From positions 1 to 64,000 of the forward strand of contig JAYFMW010000016.1 in NCBI GenBank assembly GCA_042408215.1: a stretch of DNA of 64,000 nucleotides, given 5' to 3'. This stretch comes from Microcoleus sp. GTDB taxonomy: Bacteria > Cyanobacteriota > Cyanobacteriia > Cyanobacteriales > Microcoleaceae. Below, piece after piece: positions 21,645 through 32,447 of the stretch. The translations under genes were made by a program, and so were the position numbers. Numbering within the stretch: the first letter of the stretch is position 1; the number at the start of each line of letters is the position of its first letter. The notes beneath the pieces were generated by a model. The model ran no database searches, was not told the DNA's origin, and saw nothing but the letters and a program-made list of their open reading frames with translations.

Positions 21645-22254
21645 GGCTCTTAGCTGACAGGGGAGTCACCCCGTCAGGGGAGAAGGTTTAGCCCTGAATT
21701 TTTCAGACTCATCGATTCCGGTTGCACTTGGAGATGATTGTTGATTGTTGACGGTTGACGGTTGACGGTTGACAGTGACAGTCTTGAACGCAGGCACACT
21801 ATAGCCTTTCTGAGGTTTCTGGAGGTGATCGTGGGCATTGGGCATAGGGCATTGGGCATTGGGCATAGGGCACTTGTACGCTCGCGTAGTCGAAGTATAG
21901 ATGTTTCCTTTTCAGAGAAGTGAATTGCCAATTACCTCCTGTACCTCACTTCATTCATAAAACCGCTATAAATCTAGTGTGCCTGCATAAATAGGAACTC
22001 TACTAATTGACCAAATATTGGCTCACAAGTTGGTCAGGATTCATAGAGAACCGTATAAGTACGATCGCGCAAGTTTACATGGAGCGCGCGGATCAGCGTG
22101 AAAGACGATCGCCCCTGCGTCACCCTTCAAAATTTTCAGTGCCTGGGCGATTCCTGCTAAAATAATTAGTTAACTATCGAGGCAAATATGTAAATATGTC
22201 ATTTAACCATGTTGATTATTGCCAATATTTACTTAGTAGTCAAATTAACTTTAA

Positions 22255-23346
22255 CTAATGACTTAAAAACTGTCTCACTAAATTTGCCAAACGTTCCGCA
22301 CTGTCTGTCACTGCTAATTGAGAAGCAGCTTCAGACATTTTTTTCAAATATTCAGCATCGGTCAATAAATGCAAAACTTTACTTTGTAACAGCTCTGAAG
22401 TCAATTCACTTTGACGACATACAAAAGCTGCTCCAGATGTGGCAAATACTTCGGCATTAAAACTTTGGTGGTCGTCAGCGGCGTAAGGAAAAGGAATTAA
22501 AATAGAAGGCATTCCCGTTACTGCTAATTCTGTCAGAGCACTGGCGCCCGATCGACTAATTGCTAAATTTGCCCGCTGCAACAAACCCGCCACATTATCA
22601 TAAAATGGCATCGATAAATATTGCGTGTGCTTCAAACTTGCAGCATCCGGGTCATTATTTCCGGTGAGGTGAACCACCCAAGCGCCCGCATCAAACCAAG
22701 CGGGTGCACACTGCCGCACTAACTGATTCACTGCGACAGCACCTTGAGAGCCGCCCATGACTAAAATTACGGGTACACTGTCAGGAATTGGTAAGTTTAG
22801 AGGTTCGCGAGTCAGGAATTGCGATCGGACCGGCGTACCTGTAACCACGGTTTTTGCGCGGGGTAAATACTGAGCAGTCGCCTCAAATCCGATCGCAACT
22901 GCACTGCAAAAAGGACTAAACCAACGAGTCACCTTACCCGGAAAAACATTAGATTCGTGGAGAATCACCGGCAAACCCAAAGAGCGAGCCGCCAGAATTG
23001 CGGGTGCTGCGATGTAACCGCCGGTAGTAAATACTCCGTGAAAATTTCCCCGTTTGAGCAATCGGCGCACCTGAAGAATTGCGCCGACGAGTCCACCCAA
23101 AATTCGCACAGTACCGAGTCCAAATCGCTGCTGAAAGCCTTCAACGGCGATCGTGTGGAGGGGGTAAAGGGAGGCAACTAACTGAGTCTCCATGCGGTCT
23201 GGAACACCCAGCCATTCGATGTGACAGTCGTGCAACTGCTGTGCGGTGGCGATCGCCGGAAATAGATGTCCTCCTGTGCCGCTAGCTGCAATCAACAACC
23301 GGATAGGGGCTTTTGTCAAGGTATTTGTCTCTTTTACAAGTTCCAC
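22255..23346 (-). CDS. murG: Peptidoglycan glycosyltransferase MurG
   Basis: SGTGGHLFP, HESN, GGSQGA, SRSGA, DHQ..NA. Confidence 0.95.
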   Translation of the reverse strand: MELVKETNTLTKAPIRLLIAASGTGGHLFPAIATAQQLHDCHIEWLGVPDRMETQLVASLYPLHTIAVEGFQQRFGLGTVRILGGLVGAILQVRRLLKRGNFHGVFTTGGYIAAPAILAARSLGLPVILHESNVFPGKVTRWFSPFCSAVAIGFEATAQYLPRAKTVVTGTPVRSQFLTREPLNLPIPDSVPVILVMGGSQGAVAVNQLVRQCAPAWFDAGAWVVHLTGNNDPDAASLKHTQYLSMPFYDNVAGLLQRANLAISRSGASALTELAVTGMPSILIPFPYAADDHQSFNAEVFATSGAAFVCRQSELTSELLQSKVLHLLTDAEYLKKMSEAASQLAVTDSAERLANLVRQFLSH

Positions 23347-23528
23347 AGGTCGAGGGATTTTAGATTAGAGGTTTTAGATTATTATGCTTATTGTTACGGC
23401 AGTTTCAGTCTATTTTAAATTAGCGATTTAAAATTAGATAGTGCCTTGCGAGTCAGTTGTCAGTCTTCGCAGTAGGCGAACAGTTGCCCGCGTCGCGAAG
23501 ACTGACAAATAACCAAGTTATCATCATA

Positions 23529-24506
23529 ATGCGTAATTTTTTGAATTTAGTGCCAAGTGTATCTCAGTATTTGACCAGCCATCGGGACAAAAAAGCCGAT
23601 CGGGCGATCGCAAATGCCAGCATCCGCCTGCCGGCGCCCCTGAGCCCAACGGCTGCGTTTACCCTGAGCGAAGTCGAAGGGCTCAGGATAAACGCAGTCG
23701 TTGGGTCGATCGCTCATTTTTTGATATGTTTAACAATTGTCAGTGGTAACATACTGCATCCGACTGCTGTGAGAGCTCAAGGAGTGCGATCGGCAAATCC
23801 CCAAGTGCAAGCTCAAACGGGAGAAACGGCACCAGCCCAATTGACAAAACTGCTAACCGAAATTGACGCAGCAGCAAATCGTCGCGATGTCAAAGCAGTC
23901 ATGGCATTTTACGGTCAAAATTTCACACATTCTGACGGATTGAACAGTCAGAATATGGAAAAAGCACTAACTCAACTTTGGCAGCGCTATCCCAGTTTAA
24001 ATTACCGCACAGAGATCAAATCTTGGAAAGCCGAAGGAAGTGCGATCGTTGCTGAAACCGTAACTAGAATCGCCGGCACTCACAAAAAAGACGGCAGAGA
24101 ATTAAATCTCAAAGCTACTATTCGTTCTCAGCAGCGCTTTGAAGGTCAAAAAATAGTCAAACAAGAGATTTTAGCCGAACAAACTCAGCTTACTTCCGGC
24201 AAAAATCCTCCCACGATTCAAGTAAATTTGCCAGAGCAAGTTAAAGTGGGTGAAGAGTACCATTTTGATGCAATTGTTAGAGAGCCGATCGGCGATGACA
24301 TTTTAATAGGAACTGCCTTGGAAGAACCAGTCACGGCAAAAACAATTTTTAAGTCCCCAGAAGTCGATCTAGAGTTGTTGAATTCAGGGGGAATTTTTAA
24401 AATAGGTAAAGCTCCAGCTACGCCGGAAAATCGCTGGATTTCAGCAGTGTTGATGAGACAAGGTGGCATCACGATGGTGACAGTGCGCCTGCGAGTAGTC
24501 AAGTAA
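23529..24506 (+). CDS. Secreted NTF2-like domain protein (conserved cyanobacterial)
   Basis: IDAAANRRD..AVM.FY..NF.HSDG and GGIFKIG; start codon uncertain. Confidence 0.7.
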   Translation: MRNFLNLVPSVSQYLTSHRDKKADRAIANASIRLPAPLSPTAAFTLSEVEGLRINAVVGSIAHFLICLTIVSGNILHPTAVRAQGVRSANPQVQAQTGETAPAQLTKLLTEIDAAANRRDVKAVMAFYGQNFTHSDGLNSQNMEKALTQLWQRYPSLNYRTEIKSWKAEGSAIVAETVTRIAGTHKKDGRELNLKATIRSQQRFEGQKIVKQEILAEQTQLTSGKNPPTIQVNLPEQVKVGEEYHFDAIVREPIGDDILIGTALEEPVTAKTIFKSPEVDLELLNSGGIFKIGKAPATPENRWISAVLMRQGGITMVTVRLRVVK

Positions 24507-24727
24507 TAAAATAGGTGTTATTGGTTATTTTAGTAATTTCTGTAGTGGCGGGTTCACTAAAATCTATAATACAAATGAGAGAACCAGTAAACCTGCCCCT
24601 ACAAGAATTATGGTTAATTGACCAAACTTGATTTTATACCAACTAAAAACCAACTGTTTCCCTCTTCCTTCCTCTCTCTGCGCCCTCTGCGCCCTCTGCG
24701 GTTAATACATCTTCCTTCTTATTAAAA

Positions 24728-25510
24728 ATGATTTCTCTCCAAAATCAAATTGTTTTCATTACAGGTGCAAGTAGCGGTATCGGAGCAGCCTGTGCCAAGA
24801 TATTCGCTAGGGGTGGCGCTCAACTAATTTTAGCAGCGCGCCGCATCGAAAAGCTCGATCGACTAGCAAAGGAACTGGTAGAAACCGGATTAATAGCGTC
24901 GGCGAACCAGATTCATTTGCTAGAGTTGGATGTGCGCGATCGCCTAAAAGTCGAAACTGCCCTAAATACACTTCCAGAATCTTGGAAGGCGATCGACATT
25001 CTGATTAACAACGCCGGATTGAGTCGCGGCTTAGACAAACTGCACGAAGGCAACTTTCAAGATTGGGAAGAAATGATTGATACCAATGTGAAAGGCTTGC
25101 TTTACATGACTCGCTACATAGTGCCGGGAATGGTAAATCGAGGTCGGGGTCATGTAGTCAATATTGGCTCCATTGCAGGCCGCCAAACCTATCCCAAAGG
25201 CAATGTTTATTGCGCTTCCAAAGCAGCAGTTAGAGCTATTTCTGAAGGGTTGAAACAAGACCTTTTAGGAACACCTGTCCGGGTGACGGAAATAGAACCA
25301 GGTTTAGTGGAAACAGAATTTAGTAATGTCCGGTTTCACGGCGATGCAGAAAAGGCGAAAAATGTCTATCAAGGATTAACCCCGCTGACACCCGATGATG
25401 TAGCCGATGTCGTGTATTTTTGTGCGACGCGATCGCCCCACGTCAATATTAGCGAAGTCTTGCTAGTGCCGACAGACCAAGCAGGTGCAACTCTCGTTCA
25501 CCGAAAATAG
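24728..25510 (+). CDS. SDR oxidoreductase (YdfG-like)
   Basis: TGASSGIG, NNAG, YCASK, EPGLVETEFS. Confidence 0.9.
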   Translation: MISLQNQIVFITGASSGIGAACAKIFARGGAQLILAARRIEKLDRLAKELVETGLIASANQIHLLELDVRDRLKVETALNTLPESWKAIDILINNAGLSRGLDKLHEGNFQDWEEMIDTNVKGLLYMTRYIVPGMVNRGRGHVVNIGSIAGRQTYPKGNVYCASKAAVRAISEGLKQDLLGTPVRVTEIEPGLVETEFSNVRFHGDAEKAKNVYQGLTPLTPDDVADVVYFCATRSPHVNISEVLLVPTDQAGATLVHRK

Positions 25511-25533
25511 TTTTGAGTTTTGAGTTGCGACTT

Positions 25534-27820
25534 TCCGGATTGCGATCGAATTCCCAGGAGACTTAATTGGTAGATGCACCCTGAATAATTAACTCCCGAC
25601 CAATTTTGGCCGGGTTTTTTTTGCCTATTGCAGCCACAACCACAAATTTTGCCAATTTTGCCAAACAGTCCTGAAAGAGGCGTGGAGATACCGGAGACTA
25701 AATTAGTAGATGCACCCTGATTGATTAACTCCCGACCAATTTTGGCCGGGTTTTTTTTGCGTATTGCAGCTAAAACCACAAATTTTGCCAAATTTTGCCA
25801 AACTGTCCTGAAAGAGGCGTGGAGATACCGGATACTAAATTAGTAGATGCACCCTGATTGATTAACTCCCGACCAATTTTGGCCGGGTTTTTTTTGGGCG
25901 ATCGCACTTTCGCCACAAATCCTATCGTTTACGGTTGTTTCGGAATGATTTAACCGCAGAGACTCTTCTAGGGCGCAGAGTCTCCAGAAGAGAGAGATGA
26001 ATCATTCGGATGAAGAGAGGATTTGAGCTCATTCCCAAAATCCACAAATATCCGTGTTAATCTGCGTCATCTGCGGTGAAAAATCCAAACTGTCCTGAAA
26101 GAGGCGTGGAGATACCGGATACTAAATTAGTAGATGCACCCTGATTGATTAACTCCCGACCAATTTTGGTCGGGTTTTTTTTGGGCGATCGCAGCCAAAA
26201 CCAGAAAATAGCACTCTCCCAACAAATATCCGCGTTAATCTGCGATATCTGCGGTGAAAAATCCAAACTGTCCTGAAAGAGGCGTGGAGATACCGGATAC
26301 TAAATTAGTAGATGCACCCTGATTGATTAACTCCCGACCAATTTTGGCCGGGTTTTTTTTGCCTATTACAGCCACAACCACAAATTTTGCCAAATTTTCC
26401 GAAACAGTCCTGAAAGAGGCGTGGAGATACCGGATACTAAATTAGTAGATGCACCCTGATTGATTAACTCCCGACCAATTTTGGCCGGGTTTTTTTTGCC
26501 TATTACAGCCACAACCACAAATTTTGCCAAATTTTCCGAAACAGTCCTGAAAGAGGCGTGGAGATACCGGATACTAAATTAGTAGATGCACCCTGATTGA
26601 TTAACTCCCGACCAATTTTGGCCGGGTTTTTTTTGCCTATTACAGCCACAACCACAAATTTTGCCAAATTTTCCGAAACAGTCCTGAAAGAGGCGTGGAG
26701 ATACCGGATACTAAATTAGTAGATGCACCCTGATTGATTAACTCCCGACCAATTTTGGCCGGGTTTTTTTGGGCGATCGCAGCCAAAACCAGAAAATAGC
26801 ACTCTCCCAACAAATATCCGCGTTAATCTGCGATATCTGCGGTTAAAAATCCAAACTGTCCTGAAAGAGGCGTGGAGATACCGGAGACTAAATTAGTAGA
26901 TGCACCCTGATTGATTAACTCCCGACCAATTTTGGCCGGGTTTTTTTTGCCTATTGCAGCCACAACCACAAATTTTGCCAAATTTTGCCAAACAGTCCTG
27001 AAAGAGGCGTGGAGATACCGGATACTAAATTAGTAGATGCACCCTGATTGATTAACTCCCGACCAATTTTGGCCGGGTTTTTTTTGCCTATTACAGCCAC
27101 AACCACAAATTTTGCCAAATTTTCCGAAACAGTCCTGAAAGAGGCGTGGAGATACCGGATACTAAATTAGTAGATGCACCCTGATTGATTAACTCCCGAC
27201 CAATTTTGGCCGGGTTTTTTTTGCCTATTGCAGCCACAACCACAAATTTTGCCAAATTTTCCGAAACAGTCCTGAAAGAGGCGTGGAGATACCGGATACT
27301 AAATTAGTAGATGCACCCTGATTGATTAACTCCCGACCAATTTTGGCCGGGTTTTTTTTGGGCGATCGCACTTTCGCCACAAATCCTATCGTTTACGGTT
27401 GTTTCGGAATGATTTAACCGCAGAGACTCTTCTAGGGCGCAGAGTCTCCAGAAGAGAGAGATGAATCATTCGGATGAAGAGAGGATTTGAGCTCATTCCC
27501 AAAATCCACAAATATCCGTGTTAATCTGCGTCATCTGCGGTGAAAAATCCAAACTGTCCTGAAAGAGGCGCTGTGGAGGCGGAGACTAACTTAGTAGATG
27601 CACCCTGATTGATTAACTCCCGACCAATTTTGGCCGGGTTTTTTTTGCGTATTACAGCCAAAACCAGAAAATAGCACTCTCCCAACCAATATCCACGTTA
27701 ATCTGCGTCATCTGCGGTTAAAAATCCAAACTGTCCTGAAAGAAGACCTTGAGACTGGAAAGTAAATAAAGATGCACCCTGATGAATCAACCCCAGCCAA
27801 TTTTGGCCGGGGTTTTTTTT
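25534..27820 (+). ncRNA. Tandem array of 14 NsiR1-like sRNA units (promoter-like box, ~55-nt RNA, intrinsic terminator)
   Basis: AGATGCACCCTGA core near 25571, 25707, 25844, 26131, 26309, 26446, 26583, 26720, 26897, 27034, 27171, 27308, 27595, 27769; each followed by a CCCGACCAA-TT-TTGGCCGGG hairpin and T7-8, and preceded ~30 nt upstream by TCCGGA or TCCTGA. Confidence 0.7.
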
Positions 27821-27848
27821 AGATCAAAAGCTGCATTCACCAATTCAG

Positions 27849-28070
27849 CTAAAGCGCCTCAAAAGATTGCACCTCAAGCACTGGCCCGATCATCGCAAAA
27901 GTCATAATGTCCTTACGCACTAAACCTTTGACACGGACTTTCAAACCCTCTTTTTTTAACTCAGAAGGAGCATCCTTAAGTTCATAAGTTTCTCCATCTT
28001 CGCCAACCAAAGCCCAAGTACCAGGGCCGAATCCTTGACGTTCAATTACACCTTTGACAGTAATACTCAT
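27849..28070 (-). CDS. Small conserved hypothetical protein, overlapping the S8 protease stop
   Basis: 73-aa ORF with a 4-bp overlap; beta-rich sequence. Confidence 0.7.
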   Translation of the reverse strand: MSITVKGVIERQGFGPGTWALVGEDGETYELKDAPSELKKEGLKVRVKGLVRKDIMTFAMIGPVLEVQSFEAL

Positions 28071-29836
28071 GCCGATCGCACCTCTGTTTTAATTGCTAAA
28101 CTAGCCAGTCCGAAACACATAAAAGCATTGACAATCAAGAACGTTTGTGCTACCAAACCAGTTCCTAATCCCCAAACACCCGGAGACACAAAAGCATTCA
28201 CCGCTAAACTGCTGGCAAAACCGATCGAAGTTGCGATCGCAATCCACTTCCACTGTTGATGTCCCAACAGCAAAACAATCAAAATCCCAGGAATCAAAAC
28301 GCTAGCAAAAATGGGATTCAGTAAACTACTGCCATTAATTGCGCCACCAAGTTCGGGAAGAGAACTACCCATCACCCGCAGCGGCCACTGCGGCAGGTCA
28401 AATACAAACAGATTTCGCAGGAAAAAGAACCCAGAACTGCCAGCAATCAAGCCGCCGGAAAAGCCCCAAGTCCAGGTGAACGGGAAATAATTCCGCAAAA
28501 AGAAAGCCAGCAGATAGGAACCGAGCACCATTGCAATCTTAGGTAACAGCGCCACAGCACCGCCGTCGATCCAGAAACGGGGACTGAGATAGCCGTTGTC
28601 GCGCAACCAGCGGAAGAAATCGCGGAAGTTGATTTGTCCTCGCTGGGCTAGCTGAACTGCTGCTGCTGCGTCGAGGTTTCCGGCACCAAAATGGTTTAGG
28701 GGATCTTCGCTGACTACTCGCGCCGATTGCAAGAGTACGCTGCGAATGGAGTCTGGTTCTGTGATACCGGAGGCTTTCACCAGCGCAGCAACGGCGGCAA
28801 CGTGGGGAGATGCCATGCTGGTACCTTGGTAGCCTGCAAAAATTTCTGCGCCGGTTTCTGGGTCGATCGTACTTTGGAGAATTTTCCCATTTTCAGAACC
28901 ACCGGGGGCGGAAATGTCAACACCCGGGCCGAAGTTGGAATAACCAGCTTTTTCGTCGTCGGGGCCGAGGGCGGAAACGCCGATGACGTGGGGATAGCGG
29001 GCGGGATAGGAAGCGGAACTTTCGCCAGAATTACCGGCTGCTGCAATGACCACAACGCCTTTACTGTGGGCATAATCGATCGCCTCTTCCATTAACTGAC
29101 TTTCGCCACCGCCGCCGAGACTCATGTTAATCACGTCGGCGCCGTTGTCAGCAGCAAATTTAATTGCTTCGGCGATGTCGGAAACCGTGCCGCCACCGCT
29201 GCTACTTAACACTTTTAGCGGCATTAAAGCTGCTTCGTAAGCGATGCCGGCAACGCCGTAATTGTTGTTAGTTGATTGGGCGACAGTACCGGCGACGTGA
29301 GTGCCGTGGCCGTTGTCGTCGTAGGCTTCGGCGCGATCGTTTACAAAGTCGTATCCCGGTACAAATTTGGTTTCTTTTAAGTCGGCGACGGGAGTAATTC
29401 CCGTGTCAATTATTGCTACTGTTGTGCCGCTGCCTTTTGTTTCATTCCAAGCTGCTTCTACGTTGATGCTACGCAGATTCCACTGCTTGTTATACATGGG
29501 GTCATTGGGAATCTCGAAAGCGTTGTAAACGTAGTTTGGTTCAATGTATTCGGTATCTTTAGCTAAATTTGATTTTTTCAGGGCGTTTAGCAAAGTGCGA
29601 TCGCCCTTGACAACATACACATTATCCCCTTTCGAGAATTCGCTGTTGAGTTGGGGCGCGACTTGGTACTGCTGGGCGATCGCCTCTACTTGTTTAGCAA
29701 TCTGGGCATTACCCACATCTTCGCGGAAATCCAGCACAATTGAGTCATAGGTGCCTCGAACAGCCAGTCCTGGGAAATTAGCAATCGCCCAGCCTAGACC
29801 GATTAAAAATAAGCACAGAAGGAAAAACTTTTTCAT
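28067..29836 (-). CDS. S8 subtilisin-like protease with C-terminal TM domain
   Basis: IIDTG, HGTHVAG, GTSMASPH catalytic triad; hydrophobic C-terminus. Confidence 0.95.
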   Translation of the reverse strand: MKKFFLLCLFLIGLGWAIANFPGLAVRGTYDSIVLDFREDVGNAQIAKQVEAIAQQYQVAPQLNSEFSKGDNVYVVKGDRTLLNALKKSNLAKDTEYIEPNYVYNAFEIPNDPMYNKQWNLRSINVEAAWNETKGSGTTVAIIDTGITPVADLKETKFVPGYDFVNDRAEAYDDNGHGTHVAGTVAQSTNNNYGVAGIAYEAALMPLKVLSSSGGGTVSDIAEAIKFAADNGADVINMSLGGGGESQLMEEAIDYAHSKGVVVIAAAGNSGESSASYPARYPHVIGVSALGPDDEKAGYSNFGPGVDISAPGGSENGKILQSTIDPETGAEIFAGYQGTSMASPHVAAVAALVKASGITEPDSIRSVLLQSARVVSEDPLNHFGAGNLDAAAAVQLAQRGQINFRDFFRWLRDNGYLSPRFWIDGGAVALLPKIAMVLGSYLLAFFLRNYFPFTWTWGFSGGLIAGSSGFFFLRNLFVFDLPQWPLRVMGSSLPELGGAINGSSLLNPIFASVLIPGILIVLLLGHQQWKWIAIATSIGFASSLAVNAFVSPGVWGLGTGLVAQTFLIVNAFMCFGLASLAIKTEVRSA

Positions 29837-30191
29837 GGGTAATTATCCATGTCAGGAAGGCTTGTTCACCACATTAACCCAATTTTCTACCCTGATGCCA
29901 CTTTTCACAGGCTGCGAGTTCTCCTAGAAGTCGCGCCCCCGCTTTTTCTATTTTTATGCGATCGCTATTTCTCGATCGTTCACAGCTCTAGTTTCCAGTT
30001 TGAATTGTCTAGCAAGTTTTAGCAGTTCAATCAATTGTATTATTAGATCAGGATTTACGCTACATGAGTCAATTTTTACACGCTCTGTAGTAGTAAGGTG
30101 CGCACTGCGCACCCTACAAGTAGAGTCTGTGCGTAAGTCCTATAGAGGAGAGTGCCAACATAACTTGGAATGTTTTTAATCAGGATCTTGC

Positions 30192-30608
30192 ATGGAAAGA
30201 GGTTTAATGTGGCTGCCGCTGCTGGCAATTTTTATTTCTCTGGCTTGGGCTGGATGGAACGAGTATCAAAAACTGGAAGCCTATCGCGTCTGGGCCCAAA
30301 AGTTCGATCGGGCCAAGTACGATATTTATGCCGTACTTGGTCAGGAAGCAGAGAATTTAACTTGGGGAAAGCCTACTCGCAGTGGGCCTGTGAATTTGCA
30401 AACTTTTTCCTTAAAAAATGTGCAGTCACTGCGGTTGTTAGTTAACGACTCTGCGGTAGATTTGGAAAATCCGCCGAATTCTGGAAGTGCGATCGTCCTA
30501 GAATTTTTGTTAAAAGATGCGGAGGCTGTGCAGATTCCCTTTACAGAAATTCCTCTAGCGACTAAATGGTGTCAACATTTACAGCAGGAATTGCAGCGCT
30601 TTTTGTAA
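30192..30608 (+). CDS. Conserved cyanobacterial membrane-anchored hypothetical protein
   Basis: MERGLMWLPLL...AKYDIYAVLG; N-terminal TM helix. Confidence 0.7.
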   Translation: MERGLMWLPLLAIFISLAWAGWNEYQKLEAYRVWAQKFDRAKYDIYAVLGQEAENLTWGKPTRSGPVNLQTFSLKNVQSLRLLVNDSAVDLENPPNSGSAIVLEFLLKDAEAVQIPFTEIPLATKWCQHLQQELQRFL

Positions 30609-30831
30609 TTGAAACGGTTTCCTTAAGTGGCAATGCTCGGTTTTTGGACATTATCGATAAATATTGTAGGACTAAGGCAAAAAACCCGGTTTCTGAACAA
30701 AATTGTGCATCTTTGTAATAGATATAGACATAGAAACCGGGTTTTTGACCTCTCGTGTGTAAATCCTACATTGCATTGACTTCTGCGCACCGTTATTTCA
30801 TACTATAGTATTCAAAAATATTCAATAGCAA

Positions 30832-31539
30832 ATGTTCTACTACTACGGCAGAAAAAAGCAAATAGCAAAACATTACCCTTCTCCTAACTTTGATGCCATC
30901 ATAGAACCATTTGCAGGTTCAGCAGCTTATTCACTCTATGGAGATCATTGGAAAAAGGCAGTTACTCTCATTGAGAGAGATGAGGGAGTTTCTAAAATTT
31001 GGCAGTGGTTGATCGATGAGGCGACACCATCAAAAATTAGTAGCCTCCCTGATTTAGCGGTTGGTGAAAAGAGTTCTGAGTTACTTCATATTATTCATGC
31101 TGCTACGAAAATGGCTTTTCATTACAAGACCATTAAAGTAACTCCTGTTTTAGCAAGAAATTGGGAGATTAGTAAACGATACATGGCAGAAAATCTCTTC
31201 AAAGTTAAGCATTGGAGAATTATTAGCGGGGATTATACACTAGCTCATGACGTAGAAGCAACTTGGTTTATTGACCCGCCCTATAAAGAAAATGCTGGTA
31301 AAGGTTACAGATACGGTAGCAAACTGATTGATTACAATAAATTGGCAGAGTGGGCAAAGAATAGAAAGGGAGAAGTTATATTTTGCGAAGGGCATTGCGG
31401 AGATTATTTACCATTCAAGCCATTACTAGATCTCAAGGGTGTTGCAGGTAAAACTAGCAAGGAAGTTATTTATTACCAATCTAATAAAGCAAGCAAACAA
31501 CTTGAGCTTTTTGAGATTGTTAAGTTTGCGATTAAGTAG
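30832..31539 (+). CDS. DNA adenine methyltransferase (Dam/D12-like, alpha order)
   Basis: YYGRKK, EPFAGSA (SAM motif I), DPPY (motif IV). Confidence 0.85.
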   Translation: MFYYYGRKKQIAKHYPSPNFDAIIEPFAGSAAYSLYGDHWKKAVTLIERDEGVSKIWQWLIDEATPSKISSLPDLAVGEKSSELLHIIHAATKMAFHYKTIKVTPVLARNWEISKRYMAENLFKVKHWRIISGDYTLAHDVEATWFIDPPYKENAGKGYRYGSKLIDYNKLAEWAKNRKGEVIFCEGHCGDYLPFKPLLDLKGVAGKTSKEVIYYQSNKASKQLELFEIVKFAIK

Positions 31540-32200
31540 AAAATTTCATAATTTTTTGGTAAATCTTTTTGTACTGCTGATCGTCAATTAGGGCTACCCA
31601 ACCTTGTGCCATCTTTTGTTTGCCACTGGATTTCATACCCGTCACTTTAGTGTTTCTTCCTTCAGTTCCACTGATCTGACCCCAATCATCAGTAACAAGA
31701 TTGTCAGCATGAAATATAGCTGTAATTTTCGGATAGTTGAAATCATGTTCACTCTTCACAAAGTCCCATACTAATCCCAGAAGTTTTTTGACTTCTCGAT
31801 GATGAGCTTGCCAAGTAATTCCTTCTAACGAACCAAATCTGGGTTGTCCTGCCCTCAAATTTGCACCTTTTGTTATGTTTCCAACAGTACATTTAATTTC
31901 CAAGCCCACAGGATAGTTGCGTAACAACTCCTCTGAAGAGTTTTCACCTGCTTCTTTAGGAATAACATCGGGATGTCCCTTTTCAATTGGGTTAACTATA
32001 GCCCCCGTTACATTTGCAATGGAGTGGCAGAACATTGAGCCAACAATTGAACTTGTAGTTTTATAGTCAATGTTCTTATAAACACTTGAAGGAATGATTT
32101 CTAATAACTCATTTGTTTGATCCAATGCAGATTCAATATGCTGAATATTCACTTCAAATCCACAAGAAATATTTAACTTAGGGTTAATGATATAAGTCAT
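31532..32200 (-). CDS. Putative type II restriction endonuclease
   Basis: HPD...LEIK PD-(D/E)xK motif; convergent with the MTase and downstream of a C gene. Confidence 0.7.
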   Translation of the reverse strand: MTYIINPKLNISCGFEVNIQHIESALDQTNELLEIIPSSVYKNIDYKTTSSIVGSMFCHSIANVTGAIVNPIEKGHPDVIPKEAGENSSEELLRNYPVGLEIKCTVGNITKGANLRAGQPRFGSLEGITWQAHHREVKKLLGLVWDFVKSEHDFNYPKITAIFHADNLVTDDWGQISGTEGRNTKVTGMKSSGKQKMAQGWVALIDDQQYKKIYQKIMKFST

Positions 32201-32423
32201 CTATATTTTGTTCCGCTTCGGCAATCAAGCTACTGACTGTGGTGTTTAAAGATTTTGAGATCTTAAGCAAAACGGACAAAGTAGGAGATTTCAAACCGCG
32301 CTCAATTTGGCTAACATAAGTGCGGTGAATCCCTGCTCTGTCAGCAAGTTCCTCTTGAGAGATCTTTGCGATCGCTCTGTACCTAGCTAAAACTCTACCC
32401 AGAGCCTGATTAATATCTGTCAT
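32184..32423 (-). CDS. R-M controller (C) protein, XRE HTH
   Basis: ISQEELADRAGIHRTYVSQIERG; overlaps the endonuclease start. Confidence 0.85.
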   Translation of the reverse strand: MTDINQALGRVLARYRAIAKISQEELADRAGIHRTYVSQIERGLKSPTLSVLLKISKSLNTTVSSLIAEAEQNIDDLYH

Positions 32424-32447
32424 GCCAAAAAGTATCTCAGAGGCAGA

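Noticed and set aside
25498..26266. Short minus-strand ORFs in the array as peptide or toxin genes
   Set aside because: They vary in frame and length between units and lack consistent starts; + strand terminator polarity fits an sRNA better
25534..27820. CRISPR array
   Set aside because: The conserved block is ~90 bp with a terminator, the spacers are themselves repeated (three types) rather than unique, and there are no cas genes in the window
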